NCBI GenBank assembly: GCA_963693365.1
Contig: CAVNZM010000005.1
Coordinates: 3,471,716-3,535,715 of the forward strand
Source of the DNA: Amoebidium appalachense
Lineage: Eukaryota; Protista; Ichthyosporea
Length of the DNA: 64,000 nucleotides
Direction of reading: 5' to 3'
Shown: one piece after another, positions 1 through 14,614 of the stretch
Layout: each line of letters opens with the position of its first letter
Numbering within the stretch: position 1 is the first letter of the stretch
Notes under the pieces: generated by a model
Databases searched by the model: none
What the model was told of the DNA's origin: nothing
The model's input: the letters and a program-made list of their open reading frames with translations, nothing else
Translations under genes and position numbers: made by a program

Positions 1-76
1 GAGTAAGTGAGCGCGTGGGTGTGTGTGTGCTCTGGTGTGTCCGTGTGTTGTGTGGTGCGTGTTTTTTTTTTTTTTT

Positions 77-107
<31 letters not shown>

Positions 108-117
108 GAGGGGGTAC

Positions 118-890
118 CATTATCGGGCACGGCAGGGTCCAGGGCTACCCAAAAGGAGGCAGCCCGCTTATCGGGCATGTCTGGCCAATAGCCTGTAGCA
201 ATTAAATTTTAATCAGCCAATGGCAGACATGCACACGCTCAAAGTGAACATGTTGGGTACTTTGGTCAATAGAAGCCGCATACCACCCGCCTGCCCACCC
301 ACCCGCCCACCCACGCAAATGTGCCCCTCCCACCCTCCCCCGCCCCTGCAGACACGACACAAGCATGAACAGGTACATACATGCACCCACGGATTACGTG
401 GGCACAAGCAGGCACATGCACGCACACACGTAAAAAAACTGCCCGGGTCCAACGTGGCACATGCACATGTGCGGTGAGGTCGAGGAGGAGCAAACAGAAT
501 CTGAAGGGAAACAGTCAAAGAGCAGGTCTACACTACGTGTGGCTGTGTGGGTATTCGGTTTGTGACTGTGTGGTCAAAAATCACTCAAGTACGCCAGTCT
601 AGGTGGATGCAGCTTGTATGTGCACCGGAGTTGAACATTTGCCCCCCCCCCCCCCCCTCCCCCCCTCCCCCCTCCCCCCCCCTCTCCCCCCCCCCCCCCC
701 CCCCCCCAAACACACACACACACCAGCCAGGGATGGGGAGGGAGGGAGGGAGAGAGGGAGGTAGAGACGGAGGGAGGACGGGGGGGAGGGGGGGGGGGAG
801 GCTGTGCAAGAACAATATACCTGTAGATGTTAAGGGAAGTAGGAGGTGGGGGGGAGGGTATTGGGCAAGGCCTTTCGAGATTGTGTGTGT

Positions 891-921
<31 letters not shown>

Positions 922-1462
922 GGGGGGGGAGGGAGGGGGGGGGGGGGGGTTGGGAAGATGCCAAAAGGGAAGAGAGATAAATACAGTGGCCGGGTGTCGG
1001 CAGGGAAAAGGAGTCGGAGCAGGTTAGGGATGCAATGGTGTGGTGCTGGGTGAGACAGATGACCTGACACAAGTGCTCGTGTACTTGAAGAATATTGTGG
1101 CTGCATGGTGGGTTCAGTTGAGGACTGATGATAAAAGAGGGGAGGAAAGGTAAGAAACGAGAGATGAATGGCTTCTAAAAGGATTGAGCAGAGGAAGTTT
1201 CGGAAAGAAATGTAGTGGGCAGAGTTTGGGGGGGGGAGGGGGGGGGGGAGGGGAGGGGGATGTCAGAGGGAGAGGGAGGGAGAGGGATAGCGGGAGGGAA
1301 GAGGAGAGAAGGAGACACCCGGGGGGCCAGGGGGGGGAGAGGGAAAGGAGGGGGGGGGGGGGAGAGGGGGGGGGGGGGGGGGGGGAGGAGGGGGGGAGAG
1401 AAAGAGAGAAAGGGGGAGACAGAACGATAGGTGTGTGTGTGTGCGTGTGTGTGCGTGCGTGC

Positions 1463-1501
<39 letters not shown>

Positions 1502-3157
1502 TGTGTGTGTGTCAAAAGCAGTATTATACATCTGCACGTGTGCATCACCTCAACGCCTCTGTGTGGTGATGTAGGTATATAGATTCGACAGAAGCAGAAT
1601 GAGATAAAAAGGCATTCCAATGGCTTGGGGTGAACTGGAATCGTGAAAGGGGGGGAGGCGGGGGAGGGGGAGGGGGAGAAGAGATATACATGTAGAATTG
1701 CAGATACAGACACACAGACACAGACACACACAAACACACACAGGCATACATCACACGCACACACACATTCATTCGCGAGCGCACACACATACACACCCCC
1801 GCCCCTCCCCACCTCCCCCACCTCCCCTCTCTCTCTCACACACACACACACACACCCCTCCCCCTCCCGTCCCCCCAACCCCACCCACCCACCCCCAACA
1901 CACGCACACACCCTCATCTGAGTGCCACGGTGTGCATGTGTCAGTGTGCGGTGCCTTGTATATGATCATGTCGAAGTCAAAGGCCACATCATCACCCAGC
2001 AGTAGCTTGGCCAGGGCAGTCGTGCGCTGGTGGAGAGGCCCATCCGAAAAACCAAGAACAAAATCAGACGGCCACATGATCTGAAAGGAGGGGGGGGGGG
2101 GGGGGGGGGGGGAGGAGGGGAGGGAGGGGGGGGGGGGGGGGGGGGGAGGGGGAAGGAGAAGGGATGGGGGGGGGGGGGGGGGGGGGGGAGGACAGGGTTA
2201 GAATGTGTGACCGAGGACGAAGTATACATTTACGACGGGAAACACCAAACAGATTCTGCAAAACAAACACATGGAGTATATTTCTCAAGCAGACCCCGTC
2301 CTCAGGGGAGGGGGAGGGAGGAGGAAGGGGGGGGGGGGGGGGGGGGGGGGGGGGGATTTGAATGCGTCAAAAAGTACGAAGTACACAAGAACAAACGGAT
2401 AACACGATGCAGAATGCAAGCCATACATAAAGAATATGCATAATAAGCAGAGCCCATCCTCAGGGGGGGCCCACGTCATCCACAGTACCCGAGTTTTCGA
2501 CCTATTCACCTCGTTAACGCAACCCAACTCAGATACTGTTTCACGTGAACATGGGTAGGTCACCCGTCTTGATCAGAGACGAGCAGGGTTGCTTATGCAG
2601 GCAAGGGCAGTGGGAAAGGCCGGGGGTTAAAGTTGCAGCAGTAAGCAGAAGCAAGAAAAATATAGATAGGAACTCAGGAGACGGGGCTTCTAGGAAGCTC
2701 CCCCGTCGCTACCTAAGTCGATACTTCCCTGGCTAACATACTACACCAGCTGAAAAGAATTAAGTCCCGAAGGCCGCAGAATTCGCAATCAGAGGGGAAA
2801 ATATGAGATTTGACCCACGCCGCAGGGTAGTAACACGCTTACTAGGGCGGAACTTTAACGTCTTCGAACGGAAAGCTATGCCCCCGGATGTCAGCCGGAA
2901 ATATGGTATCACCCATTGCTTTGGGCTTGAAAAAAGCCAAATCGATAGTCCGAGTTATGTTACGCCGGCGGGTAACATGCCGCATGGGTTCCAAGGGAGC
3001 TGTCGCCAACAGAGCGGTGTGAGCATGCGTGCGCATAACGCAATGTGTGAAGTGTGTCTTATAGCTATGAAAGGGGGTATGCAGAAGTGGATAGATGAAG
3101 TGTGTGGAGAGAAAAACAGTACAGAAAAGTAGACACCGGTGTGTGCAACCCCGCACA

Positions 3158-3189
<32 letters not shown>

Positions 3190-3253
3190 AAATAAGCGAA
3201 GATTACAGGTAATCAACCAGAACAACCAATGACAAGAAAAACAACAGGCGTCA

Positions 3254-3284
<31 letters not shown>

Positions 3285-3406
3285 AGGGGGGAGAGTGAGG
3301 GTGGGGTGGGGGGGGGGGGGGGGGGGAGGAGGAGGGGGCGGGGAGGGTGAGGAGGGGGGCGGGGAGGGTGAGGAGGGGGAAAGGGGGGGAGGGGGGGGGG
3401 GGAGGG

Positions 3407-3450
<44 letters not shown>

Positions 3451-3988
3451 GAGGATGGGGAGAGGGGGAAAGATGGTGGTGGAGGGGGGGGGGGGGGGGG
3501 AGGGGGGTTGATAGTGATGACTGCAAGGCGGGATGAGGGTGGGATTGGGAAGGCCAGGGGGAAGGGGGGAGAGGGTGGTGCGGAGGGGGGAGAGTGTGTA
3601 TGTCAGTGTGTTAGTGTGTGCTGGGGGAGGGTGGGAGGACGGAGGGGAAGGGGGGGGGGGGGGGGGGGAGGGTTGTGTGTGAGTCTGAGTGCTTGGGAGT
3701 GCTCGTGACGCATAGGCAAGACGCATCAGTGAGGGTGTCTGAAAGGGCAAGGGCAAAGTGGCTTAGAGGAAATGCAGGTGATGGACACCTGGAAGGGGAG
3801 GGGAGGGGGGGGGGGGGGGGGGGGGATTATGAAGGGGGGAGGGGATGGGGGGGGGTGGGGGGGGGGGTTGTTGCAACGTACGAAGTAGACACCCATGACG
3901 GACAACACGATGCAGAGTGCCAACCACACATTAATGTATGCATTATAAGCAGAGAGCATCCTCCGGGGCGAGCGGGGGGAGGGGAGGG

Positions 3989-4029
<41 letters not shown>

Positions 4030-4596
4030 CAAAACCCCCGGCAAGTTCATAGAGAATAGGCAGAGATATTACCCCACGGGATGAGCGGATTTGGGGATTT
4101 GGGGATTTGGGGGTGGGGGTGGGGGGGGGGGGGGGGGGGGGGTTAGAGTGTGCCACACAAAATGAAGTGCAGAGAGCAAGCGGCGTAAGCCGAGCCCAAC
4201 CTCCGGAAGGGTTAGAGCAACCATTTGCCATACTCAAGTTTTCACCGAGAGCCGGAGGGGGGTGGGGGGGAAGGGGGAAGGAGAGAAGCATTTGGGGGGG
4301 GGGGGGGGGGGGGGGGGAGGCAGATAGAGAAAGGTGTGTGTGTGTGTGTGTGCGTGCGTGCACGTGTACGTGCCTGTGTGTATGCCTGTGTGTCTCTGTT
4401 ATGGGGGCAGAGAAGGGGTGGGGGTGGGGATTCCGACCAAACAATATCAAGAAAGCCATAAAAGGTGCTCTCCCTCACCTGGCATATGTTCTCAATTGAT
4501 TTCAGTTTCTGGGCCTCGTTGGAGCCCAAGTCGTGGCGGTGCGTGCTGGTATCAATCTCCCCATTGAGAAGCTTCTCGTAGATGTCCTGGTACACC

Positions 4597-4672
<76 letters not shown>

Positions 4673-5804
4673 CGCGCGTGAGTGTGTGAGTGCGTGTGTG
4701 TGTGCGTGCGTGAGTGTGTGTGTGTGTGGACGTGTGTGTGTGTGTGTGTGTGTGAATATGTAAGTGTGAGTGTGTGTGTGCGCACACACACAAATGTATG
4801 TGTGTGCATGCGGGTCCGTGCATATCTGCGACATGCAAAAATGTTCGTTTGTGCGACGTTACCATGTACCTCTGGGCGCTGGTGGGTGTGCACACAGTTT
4901 GTGTGCATGCAATAGTGAATGTATGCATCTGTGCAAACGGCCAAAAAAAACTCAAGAAGGGATGGGAGTGAGCAAAAGACAATAAGTACGGACCCATTCA
5001 GTACCCCACTTTGCTACACTTTCTGCTCTATCCTGGGGATGCCACGAGGGAAGAAACGGGTGCATGGGTGCCTGGTGGCGGTGGCGGCAGCCGGGGGAGG
5101 GGGGGGGGGGGGGTAGAATGTGCTACGGGTTACGAGCAACACATTCACAACGGGTAAAACAATGCATGATTAGGGAAAAAAAAGCGGGAAGCTTAAGGGA
5201 AGGGGGGGGGGGGGGGGGGAGGGGGGGGAGGGGGGGGGGGGGTGTGCACACGAAGAGGCTGCATCATATATAGAGCCCATCCTTGAGGGGTTGGAGGGGG
5301 GAGGGGCGGGGGGAGGGGGGCGCAAGAAGGGGGAAGAGGGGGGGGGGAAGGGGGGGGGGGGGGGGGAAGCAAGCGGGCGGAAGGGGGGCGAGGGGGAGGG
5401 GGTGTAAAATATGTTATGGGGTACGAAGTACGCATCTGCAACGGACAACGCAGTGCAGAGTGCAAACCACAAAGAGTATGCATAATAACCAGATCCCACC
5501 CCCAGGGCAGGGCCCAAGTCATTTACAGTATCCGAGTTTCAACCCATTCACCTCCCCAACGAAACCCAACTCAGATACTGTTCACATGGGTGGGTGGGGG
5601 AGGGCGGATGACACCCACCGGTATGTTTTCAGCATTCACCACCTCGACAACACGACAGAACCCCTCATTCTCAAAGTCCCTTTTGAGCTGCTGCACATCT
5701 TGTTTCTTCAGCCACTCTTCAACCGACTCAAAGGGGTGAAATTTCACGGGGGGGCCCTTTGGCACGACGGTAACCGTGTGTGTTTTGACGTGGAAATTGC
5801 TCAT
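118..5804 (-). CDS. Phytanoyl-CoA dioxygenase (PhyH)-family Fe(II)/2-oxoglutarate dioxygenase, spliced, 3' part outside window
   Basis: Exons 5804-5619, 4595-4479, 2080-1912 and 192-118 all have GT-AG borders with compatible phases. The joined protein reads ...FENEGFCRV...RHDLGS...ENICQIMWPS...FDMIIYKAPHTDTCTPWHSDEGYWPDMPDKRAASFWVALDPAVPDNG, containing the PhyH HxD motif and the WVALD..NG motif. A phase-compatible upstream exon (~6325-6401, MGLHFLPSEVAQ) is possible. Confidence 0.88.
2357..3252. repeat. ~900-bp dispersed intronic element, copy A (inverted near-identical copy at 56024-56917)
   Basis: Colinear reverse-complement match to 56024-56917. The ORF track shows the same peptide at 2803..3132+ and 56212..56472-. 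It lies in a PhyH intron and is followed by an A-run on the + strand. Confidence 0.92.
2438..2600 (-). ncRNA. Candidate structured intronic RNA, family copy 1
   Basis: Closing stem ATAAGCA/TGCTTAT, hairpin CGTCT..AGACG, long stem AGTATCTGAGTT/AACTCGGGTACT and hairpin CC-CTGA-GG, homologous to copies at 5.5, 56.7, 59.3 and 59.7 kb. Confidence 0.5.
5420..5595 (-). repeat. Partial diverged copy of the structured intronic element
   Basis: The minus strand keeps the stem CAGTATCTGAGTT...AACTCGGATACTG plus the shared 3' tail (..TGCACTCTGCA..TACTTCGTAC). Tail-only copies occur at ~2196-2306 and ~3872-3968. Confidence 0.65.
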
Positions 5805-6170
5805 TCTCTAAGGGGATTGAGGTTGGAGGTGGAGGTGAGTCCGGACGGAGGTTGATGACTACAGCTGTTGCTGTGGTGTGTTTGTGTGTGTGTGGGGGGG
5901 GGGGGGAAGGAGGGGGGAAGAGGGGGGGGGACGGGAAGGAAGGGGGAGGTGAGGTGGGTGTTTGTGTCTACAAGATAGACAAGATAAGTAAACGTGAGAA
6001 GTGGAGGGGGATGGGTGGGGGAGGGGCAGGGGGCGGGGGGTGCTTGCGGAAGGGAATGTGGGGGGAGGGAGGGTGTAGGAAGGGGGAGGGGGGGAGGGGG
6101 GGGGGGGGAGGGCTGTATATCTGTGTGTGTGTGCGTACGTGTGGGGGTGCGCTCACGCGCACGCGGAAGT

Positions 6171-6201
<31 letters not shown>

Positions 6202-6224
6202 GGAGGGGGTTGCATATGCAAGCT

Positions 6225-6258
<34 letters not shown>

Positions 6259-7766
6259 CGCGCGTGCGCACGCGCGCGCGTGTGTGTGTGTGCGTGCGTG
6301 CATGTGAGTATTCTGTGTGCTCACTTGAGCCACTTCACTTGGCAGAAAGTGCAGTCCCATGTCGGATGACAAACTACGACGTCGATTTCCCTGCCGTGCC
6401 GCTAAAAAAAAAAACGCACACACACACACTCCTTCTCTCTCTTCAGGCCTCTCATATCTCTCTTTCACCCTCTCTCTGTCCTATCCCAACAACCCTCATC
6501 TCCTTTTCCGAGCTGATAACATCCTCACACACACAACACACTCTTGTGCTCTTTTTGTCCCTTTTGCTAACGGCCATCCACAAAAACACATACATCCACC
6601 TCCTTATTCACCTTTCCACGTCTACCCTCCCATCCAAAAGTGCCTTAGACCTTGGCCCGTCCCTTCCATTCCCCTTTCTGGTGCCAGCAAAAACCTCACC
6701 TCAGAATACTGTTCATTTTACCGCCACTAGAACCATGAGATCATGTTTCAAACTTCCTTTTCTTTTTCCTACAGTAAGGCAGCACGGTTTGGTTTGAAGG
6801 GACGCAAAGACGTGAACAGACACATGTGCGCAACAAGGGCTGAAAACCTGTTTCGACGTAGATTAATAGAGCTTGAACCTGGGTAACAACCGCTTTGGAC
6901 AGTAGGTCACACTATGTAGTTTGACTCTTCGCCACCAACGAATCTGTCACTATTGTTCGCGCACAAAACCTTTTTAGGGATACTCTATCACGTGCCCACG
7001 GTGTTTATGTTTAGAGAGGTGGAAAGATCGTGCAAGCTCAAACCCAAAAACTGACATCACAAGGTGCAAACATACCTTTAAGGCAACAAATATGCCGGCT
7101 GTGAGTTCTCGAAAAGTATCTCTCAGTCTTTTTTTTTTTTTTTGTTAAATCCACAGTCCACCAGTGGCTAGTAAAAAAAAAAAACTCAAACCCTGGTCGC
7201 TCTTCTCTTGCTTTTAGCTCTATATACTCCAGATCCGAGCCCCTACTACATGATGGTACCCTAGGCTAGAAAATGCAGCCCTCTTGAATCCTGTGGCTTT
7301 TGACAGTTTGAGCCTCGAATTGATAGCAATATATTAGCGATCCATTCTCCAGAACAACAAATGCTCCGATTGGTTAGGTGCGCATCCAAAGCATCATACG
7401 ATTGGCTTGGAGAGTATCATAGCTGAGCCCCCTGTGTGTATACATGTAAGCTTGAATTCGCGAACGGGAAAAAACTCCCGGGCACCGCGATGTACTCAGT
7501 ATGGCATATTTGGAATGGCAGCACTCTATTAGCACTCCACACTTACCACATTCAAACTGTACACCAGTACAGGCACATACAGTATACACTACACACAAGC
7601 GAACGCGGTGTATAGACACAGACAATCACTAGTCACAGTTTCACATACTGCTGCGACCTAACCCACACATTCCATACACACACACGCCAGGTGGAAACCA
7701 CACATTTGTAAATTTACCTGCATACACATACATATACAAGGTATTACACGCAAACACAATTCAAAC

Positions 7767-8100
<334 letters not shown>

Positions 8101-10839
8101 ACGCAACCACCCGCACGCAAGCACGCACTCAGGCACGCATGCTTGCACGCATGCACGCACACACGCACGCACGCACACGCACAAACAGCGCCCGCACGCA
8201 TGTACGCACACCCACCTGTGACCGGATCCACATGTGAACACACACACAGAACACACACCGGCACAAACACGCTGGCACTTGCACACGCGAGCACAACGGC
8301 GCACCCACCTGCACACACCCACGCCCCTCATATTTTGGTATGTAGGTGGGGGGGGAGGGGGGGGAGGGCGTTGGGGGAGGGGTGGGGGGGAGGGGGAGGG
8401 GGAGGGGAGAGGGGGGAGGGATGGGCTGACGGGGGGGGGGGGGGGGGGGGGGGGGGGGGCTGTTACGATTGGGGCTTTCAGACTCACGTGGGATGGGGAA
8501 GGAAGGCAGAGACGGGGATCCATAGGGAGAGATGTGGAGGGAGAGGGAGGGGGGGGGGGGGGGGGGGGGAAGGGGGGCACGAGGGGGAGTGACTGCTGAG
8601 ATGCCCCCAACCCCACTGTTCTTTTCATGCAGCCCATTTCGTGAAACATATCCACTGATTTTCGGACCGCAGTTAGTTTGGTGAAATGCAGTCCATGGGG
8701 AACATCTAGATTGAACCAGGTGGCCCAGTGGAATTTGCCCCCCCTAGGCCTATGTATGACCTTGGCAGCCAGAGATGGGGCTGTGGACTTGAAACGGATA
8801 AAATAAATGAAGAATACGCAAGAACCGGGTTTTGTTTGTGTGTAAATTTCTCCCTACAACAATCCCCACACCCTAAAACCCTCCCTCCCGCCCTCTCCCC
8901 CCTCCCCCTCCACCCCCCCCCTCCCCCCCGCCCCCCCCCCCAAAAAAAAAGAAAAAAAAAAAAGCATTTTCAAATCAAGCCCATACTGCCACCCCATGGG
9001 CTCTTACACAAGTCCTTCCGTGTGTGATTCCTCTATTCCATTCCGGATAGAACATTTTACGTTTCCCCCCCAATCCCACTGCCCGTCACCCTCCCCCTCT
9101 CCCGATCCCCACCCCCACCCCCATCCTTCCTCCTCCCCCTCCCCCCTCCCCTCGCCTCCTCTCTCTCTCTCTCTCTCTCTCTCCCCCTCCCCCCCCCCCC
9201 CTCCCCCCCCCCAAAAGGCCCCCAACCCACATGGCCAATTTCCCTGGGCTTCGAGTGTGGGTGCTGTAGCACACAAGCAACCGAGCGCATGTGCTTCTGT
9301 GGGACGGTGTGTGTGCATATTGCGTGTCTGTTTTTTGTATTTGTGCGTGTGTGTCTGAATTTGTTTTTTTTTAATTAGATGGAGTAATCAATGACGGCAC
9401 AGGCTGGTGATAGAAAAATTAAATATGGGTGTAGGTGCCACGGTATTTGTCTGTCTGTGCCTGTTAAGCACTGAAGCCTTTGTATATGTGCTGTGTATGG
9501 GTGTATGGATGTAGATGGATTTAAGGTAAACAGCGTGTGGGTGGATGGGTGGGCAGGTGAGTTGGTGGTGTGCACCCCTTTAAACTTGTGACCTGTATCT
9601 GTGGGTATGAATTTTGGTTGGATTTAATCAGCCCGTGGTTGTGAAGAAAAGGAGCCTTTTATTTGTCAATGAGGGTGTGGGGTTGGTTAAGTGGAGTTTT
9701 TATTATTGTTATTCTTTTTTTTTTTTTGCGGGGGGGGGGGGGGGGGGGGGGGGGAGTGGGAGGGGGGGGGGGGGGGGGGGAGGAGAGGGGAGAGACGGTG
9801 AGGGGTGAGGGGGGAATGGATGGTGGGAGGGAAGGCGTTTTGGGGGGGAGGGGGGGAGGGGGGGGGGGGGGGATGTTAAGGGTGCAGAAGGGCCCAAGGA
9901 TTGTTATTTTGGGAACTCGAGGGAGAGATATACGAGGCTGTACAGATAGACGGTGGGTGGTTGTTCTTTTTCCAACTCTGTTTTTGGTAACTTACAATGA
10001 GGAGATGGGTGAAAATCATGTTGCTTTAAGATGAAGGATTAAAGAAACGCAACTGCTGGTTGAACTAATCACAGAGAACACCAACATGATAACACAGGCA
10101 TCTTTCTAATAAAAAAACAAAAAAAATTACGTTTCTCCAGCTTTGTAATTGGACAGATAAAGTATTTAGCAATCATATCTGGGGCGACCTTTAAACATGA
10201 CACATGGGAGGCTGTGCCCCACAAGGGCAGGATCGGCTAAGGGCTGACTGCCCTTGTGAATGTGTCAGTGCTAAGACACACATGTACAGGCATAGGTTAA
10301 ACGGGCCACACAATAATTGTGACCGAATTATGTGTAGGAACACGTTTATCCGATTGATTGCGGGACAGATCGTTCAATGATAACGATACGATATAAAAGG
10401 GTCGTGCATATTCTTCGACTCCACGCATCACGTGCATGGTGTAGGTTGACACGAAAGGGTGTGTGACTTGCCCCCCCCCCCCCCCCCTCCCCCTTCTCCC
10501 CCCCCCCCCCCACCCACCCACCAACACCACCCACCCAACCCAACACACACAAAACATGCGCACACACAAACACACACACACCCCCCAACCCTTCACACAT
10601 ACCGGATGCTAAATCCTGATTCCTCTGGCTATTTCGGAATTACTTGTGGTTCTACCTAAATTGGAAGCAATCTGGTAATCGGTTTTACAACATCTGCTCG
10701 GTGCTAAAATTCCTGGCCACTTAGTTATATCACTGTGGCGTCTCTCCTTTGAAGGGGAAGTCGGATGAAGAGTTTGACGTACGAAGTCTGAGTATTCCAA
10801 TGAAGGCAATCTACGTGCATGCACTACCTGCATACACGA

Positions 10840-11037
<198 letters not shown>

Positions 11038-13001
11038 ACACGCACGCACGCGTGCGTCTGTGCGTGTGCATCTGCAAGTATTTGCTAGCATGTGCACACA
11101 GGCTGTGCATGTACGCATGTCACGGTCTGTGGACGCATGTGTGCCAAGTTTGTTGTGTTCATTTGTGTGAATGTGTTTGGGGGGGAGGGGGAGGGGGTTT
11201 GAGGCGGGGGCATGTGTGTCACATGATGACGCTTATAAATGTGTGAGTTTTGCACTTGCCGCATGTGTATGAGTCTAAAGACCCCCCTTCCCCCACTGCA
11301 GACCCCCCCTCCCCTCCCCAGCCTTCCTGGATGAACCTTCTGGCAACCCGGCACCACCTTCTTAAACATGAAGCCGGAAGAGTGCCGGGATGGAGAGAGG
11401 AGGGAGTGGGGAGGTGAAGGAGGGAGGGGGGGGGGGGGGGGGGGGGGGGGAAAGGAGGGTGTTGAATGAACTAACCGTTCCTGAAATACAACTTTTTTGA
11501 AAAGCGGAAGGAAAGGGGGGGGGGGGGGGGGGCTCGAGTGTATCAGGTGTGTGGACGTGAATGTGTTGAGGTAATGGCGGTTGTGTTGGATGGGTGCGGG
11601 GTAGAGGGGAAGGGGGGGGGGGGGGGTCTTCGGATATAATCAAAGGACATCAAAAGGTCTATAGTATTGGTGCAAGGACAAGAGCAAGCGCACCAAACCA
11701 ATAACTTATGGGGAAATTGGGCGATGCCCCAAAGGACACCCCCAACTTGTTTGTGCATATGGGTATGCTGTGCCCTGTGTAGGGTGAGGAATGTGTGCAT
11801 GTGTGGACGGGAGAGAGCATGGCAGTGAGGGGACGTAGGGTAAGCGCGGGAGGGAGAGGGGGGGCGGGGACCCGGGGGAGGGGGGGAGTTGGGGGGGGAG
11901 GGGGGGGGGAGGGGGCTTGCCGAACACGCCGTTCTCAACCCACTGTGGCCATATGTGGACCAAATGTGCCCTGCGGTTTTTAATTTGCAGCAAGAACGTG
12001 TGATCTACATTCTAGGGGGAACGACTAGGGTGAACCAGCATGGGGCCTGTGGCTTGCTGTCATGGTGGGGTTTTTGCCCCCCAAAACAGGGTTTGGAATT
12101 TAAAGATGCGGTATGTTGGAGTCGTGGGTCACGCCCAAAGCAGCATATATAAGACGAGGTTTTGCTCGTGTTTGACTGTGAATATATAGATATCCTTCGA
12201 TGCATCCAGCCAATTTCCCCAGGCCCCCGTCTCCCCCATCCCCCCCCCCCCCCCCCCCCTCCCTCTTTCTCCCCCCCCCCCCCCCCCCCCCCCCTCCCCC
12301 CTCCTTCCCCAGTGTTCGATTTCCAGTTTCGAATAATTGGGCAGACGAACACCTTGTTTCGAAAACATTAAGAAAAAAAAACTTCAGAAAGCCACGGGGG
12401 AAGGGGGTTGTGGGTGGATGGAAGGAGGGGAGAGGGGGGGGGGGGGGGGGGGGGGGGGTTGAAGCTGATGTTTTCAGAAACTGAGCTCGTGGGTGGGTGC
12501 ACGAAGAATTCACGCGTACATGAGACCCCCCCCCATATCCCCTGGATGATCTTTCGGAAACCGTGTAAAAACTTTCGGGAATTCAAAAACATTTAGAGCC
12601 CTCCACCTCCCTCTCCCTCCCTCCCCCCTCCCCCCCCCCCCCCCGGGGCCCCCCCTCGTCATACCGAAGTCACAGCTCCACCCGATGGGCCAAAACATGA
12701 TTCGACCATACATATATGGTGTTGATTCTTTTGTCGAATACCATTCTAGGGCCACATTCTTTTTTTCTTTCTTTCTTTCTTTCTTTCTTTTTTTTTGCGG
12801 GGGGGAGGGGGGAGGGGGGGGGGAGGGGGGTGGGAGGGGGGAGGGGGATTATCCCGTGGCACACGTATGCACACACACAATCAAAATTTCTCACGGGTGC
12901 CAGGAGCATTAGACTTGCACACACGCACAGACATCGTACACACCACACACGCGTGCGTGCGTTGGGTGTATGTGTGCTCGCTTTTGTATGACGATGTGTG
13001 A

Positions 13002-13048
<47 letters not shown>

Positions 13049-13309
13049 CGCGCGCGCAGGCTTGCGCGTATGTATGTGTGCCTTTTAATGTGTGTGTGCA
13101 GTGTGTGTATATGTGTGCGTGTGCGTGTGTGTATGCCCATGTGCACGTGCAGGTGTGTGTATGTATCATTGTGTCTGTGTGTGTGTGTATGTGTGTGCAC
13201 GACCGTGTGCTTTTGCATGTGCATGTGGTTGTGTGTGTGTGGGGGGGGGTGTTTGTGGGTGCGGGGATAGGTGTGGACATGTGTATGGGTAGTGTGTGTG
13301 ATGTTTGAC

Positions 13310-13393
<84 letters not shown>

Positions 13394-13398
13394 CATGT

Positions 13399-13530
<132 letters not shown>

Positions 13531-14170
13531 ATGCATGCGTGCACAAGCTCGCGCGTGCTTGTAAAGGGGGGAAAGGGCGGGGGGGGGGGGGGGGGGGTTT
13601 CAGTGCCCCCCCAATCAAATGACTTGCAAGTTGCAACCAATAGCTACATCCAATCAATCCGTTCCTTTTAGACTTGCCCAATCATATGTGTGTGACTCCA
13701 CTGGTTGCATGAGCCCAATCCAATTGAAGAGCCGGATAAGGTTATAAGGTTTTGATTGGCCAATATGGCTGTGTGGGGGAGGGGAAAGCTTTTGGGGCTT
13801 TCTGCATGCATATCACGTGTGTGTGTGTGTTGGGGGGGCGGGGGGAGGAGGTAGTGGATGTGTGGTTGGCTGGTGGATGGATTGAGGTGTACACTTTTGT
13901 TCAGGGAGCCTGATTGGTGGTGCGGACCTTGAGGGTGGGAAAGAGGAGAGTGCATGTGCAACCACGGAAGAGATTGTTCCTGGGGCGGGGGAAGGGGGGG
14001 GGGAGAGAGAGAGAGCCGGGTGGGGGGGGGGGGGGGGGGGGGGGGGGGGAGGGGGGGGGGGCCCTAAAGAAAATTTAAAGGTAATGGTGCAGAATGAGTG
14101 GATGCACATTTATGTATGTTGGAGTTGGAGAGAAAGCTGGAGGAGTGGCATGGGGAAGGGGGAGGGGGCG

Positions 14171-14201
<31 letters not shown>

Positions 14202-14574
14202 AGGGGAGGGATGGGGGGGGGGGGGGGGGGGGGATGGGGTGGGGTGGTCGAGGGGGAAGAGGGATGGGGAGAGGGGAGGGAGGAGGGCTGGGGAGGGGTT
14301 CGTTTTTCTCAGTGTACTTCGCTGTTGTACATCGTCTAGGATATGGAGGTGCGAGGGTCAGGGGGAGGGTGGAGAGTCGGGGTGGGTTGGTGGGTGGGTG
14401 GGTGGTGGTGGTGGTGGCGGTAGGGGGAGGGGGGGAGGGGGGGGGGGGGGGGGGGGGGAGGGGGAGGGGGGGGGGGGGGGGGGGGGGGGGAGGATGGGGA
14501 GAGCAAAAGGCGGGGTGGACGTATCAGGGTAGAGATTCCGTGTTTGTGGAAGGTTGGACCGGTAGAAACAGGGG

Positions 14575-14614
<40 letters not shown>

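Noticed and set aside
2970-3008. Twister-like TAA..GC..GGTTCCAAG string
   Set aside because: The required downstream pairings are absent, and the region forms a simple ATGTTAC/GTAACAT hairpin instead.
2803-3132. 109-aa ORF in the 900-bp repeat
   Set aside because: No recognisable domain, and the second copy is frameshifted at its 3' end; coding status is unsupported.
12085-12602. hAT-type MITE remnant (CAGGGTTTGGAAT ... ATTTAGAGCCCT)
   Set aside because: The TIR match is weak and there is no 8-bp TSD.
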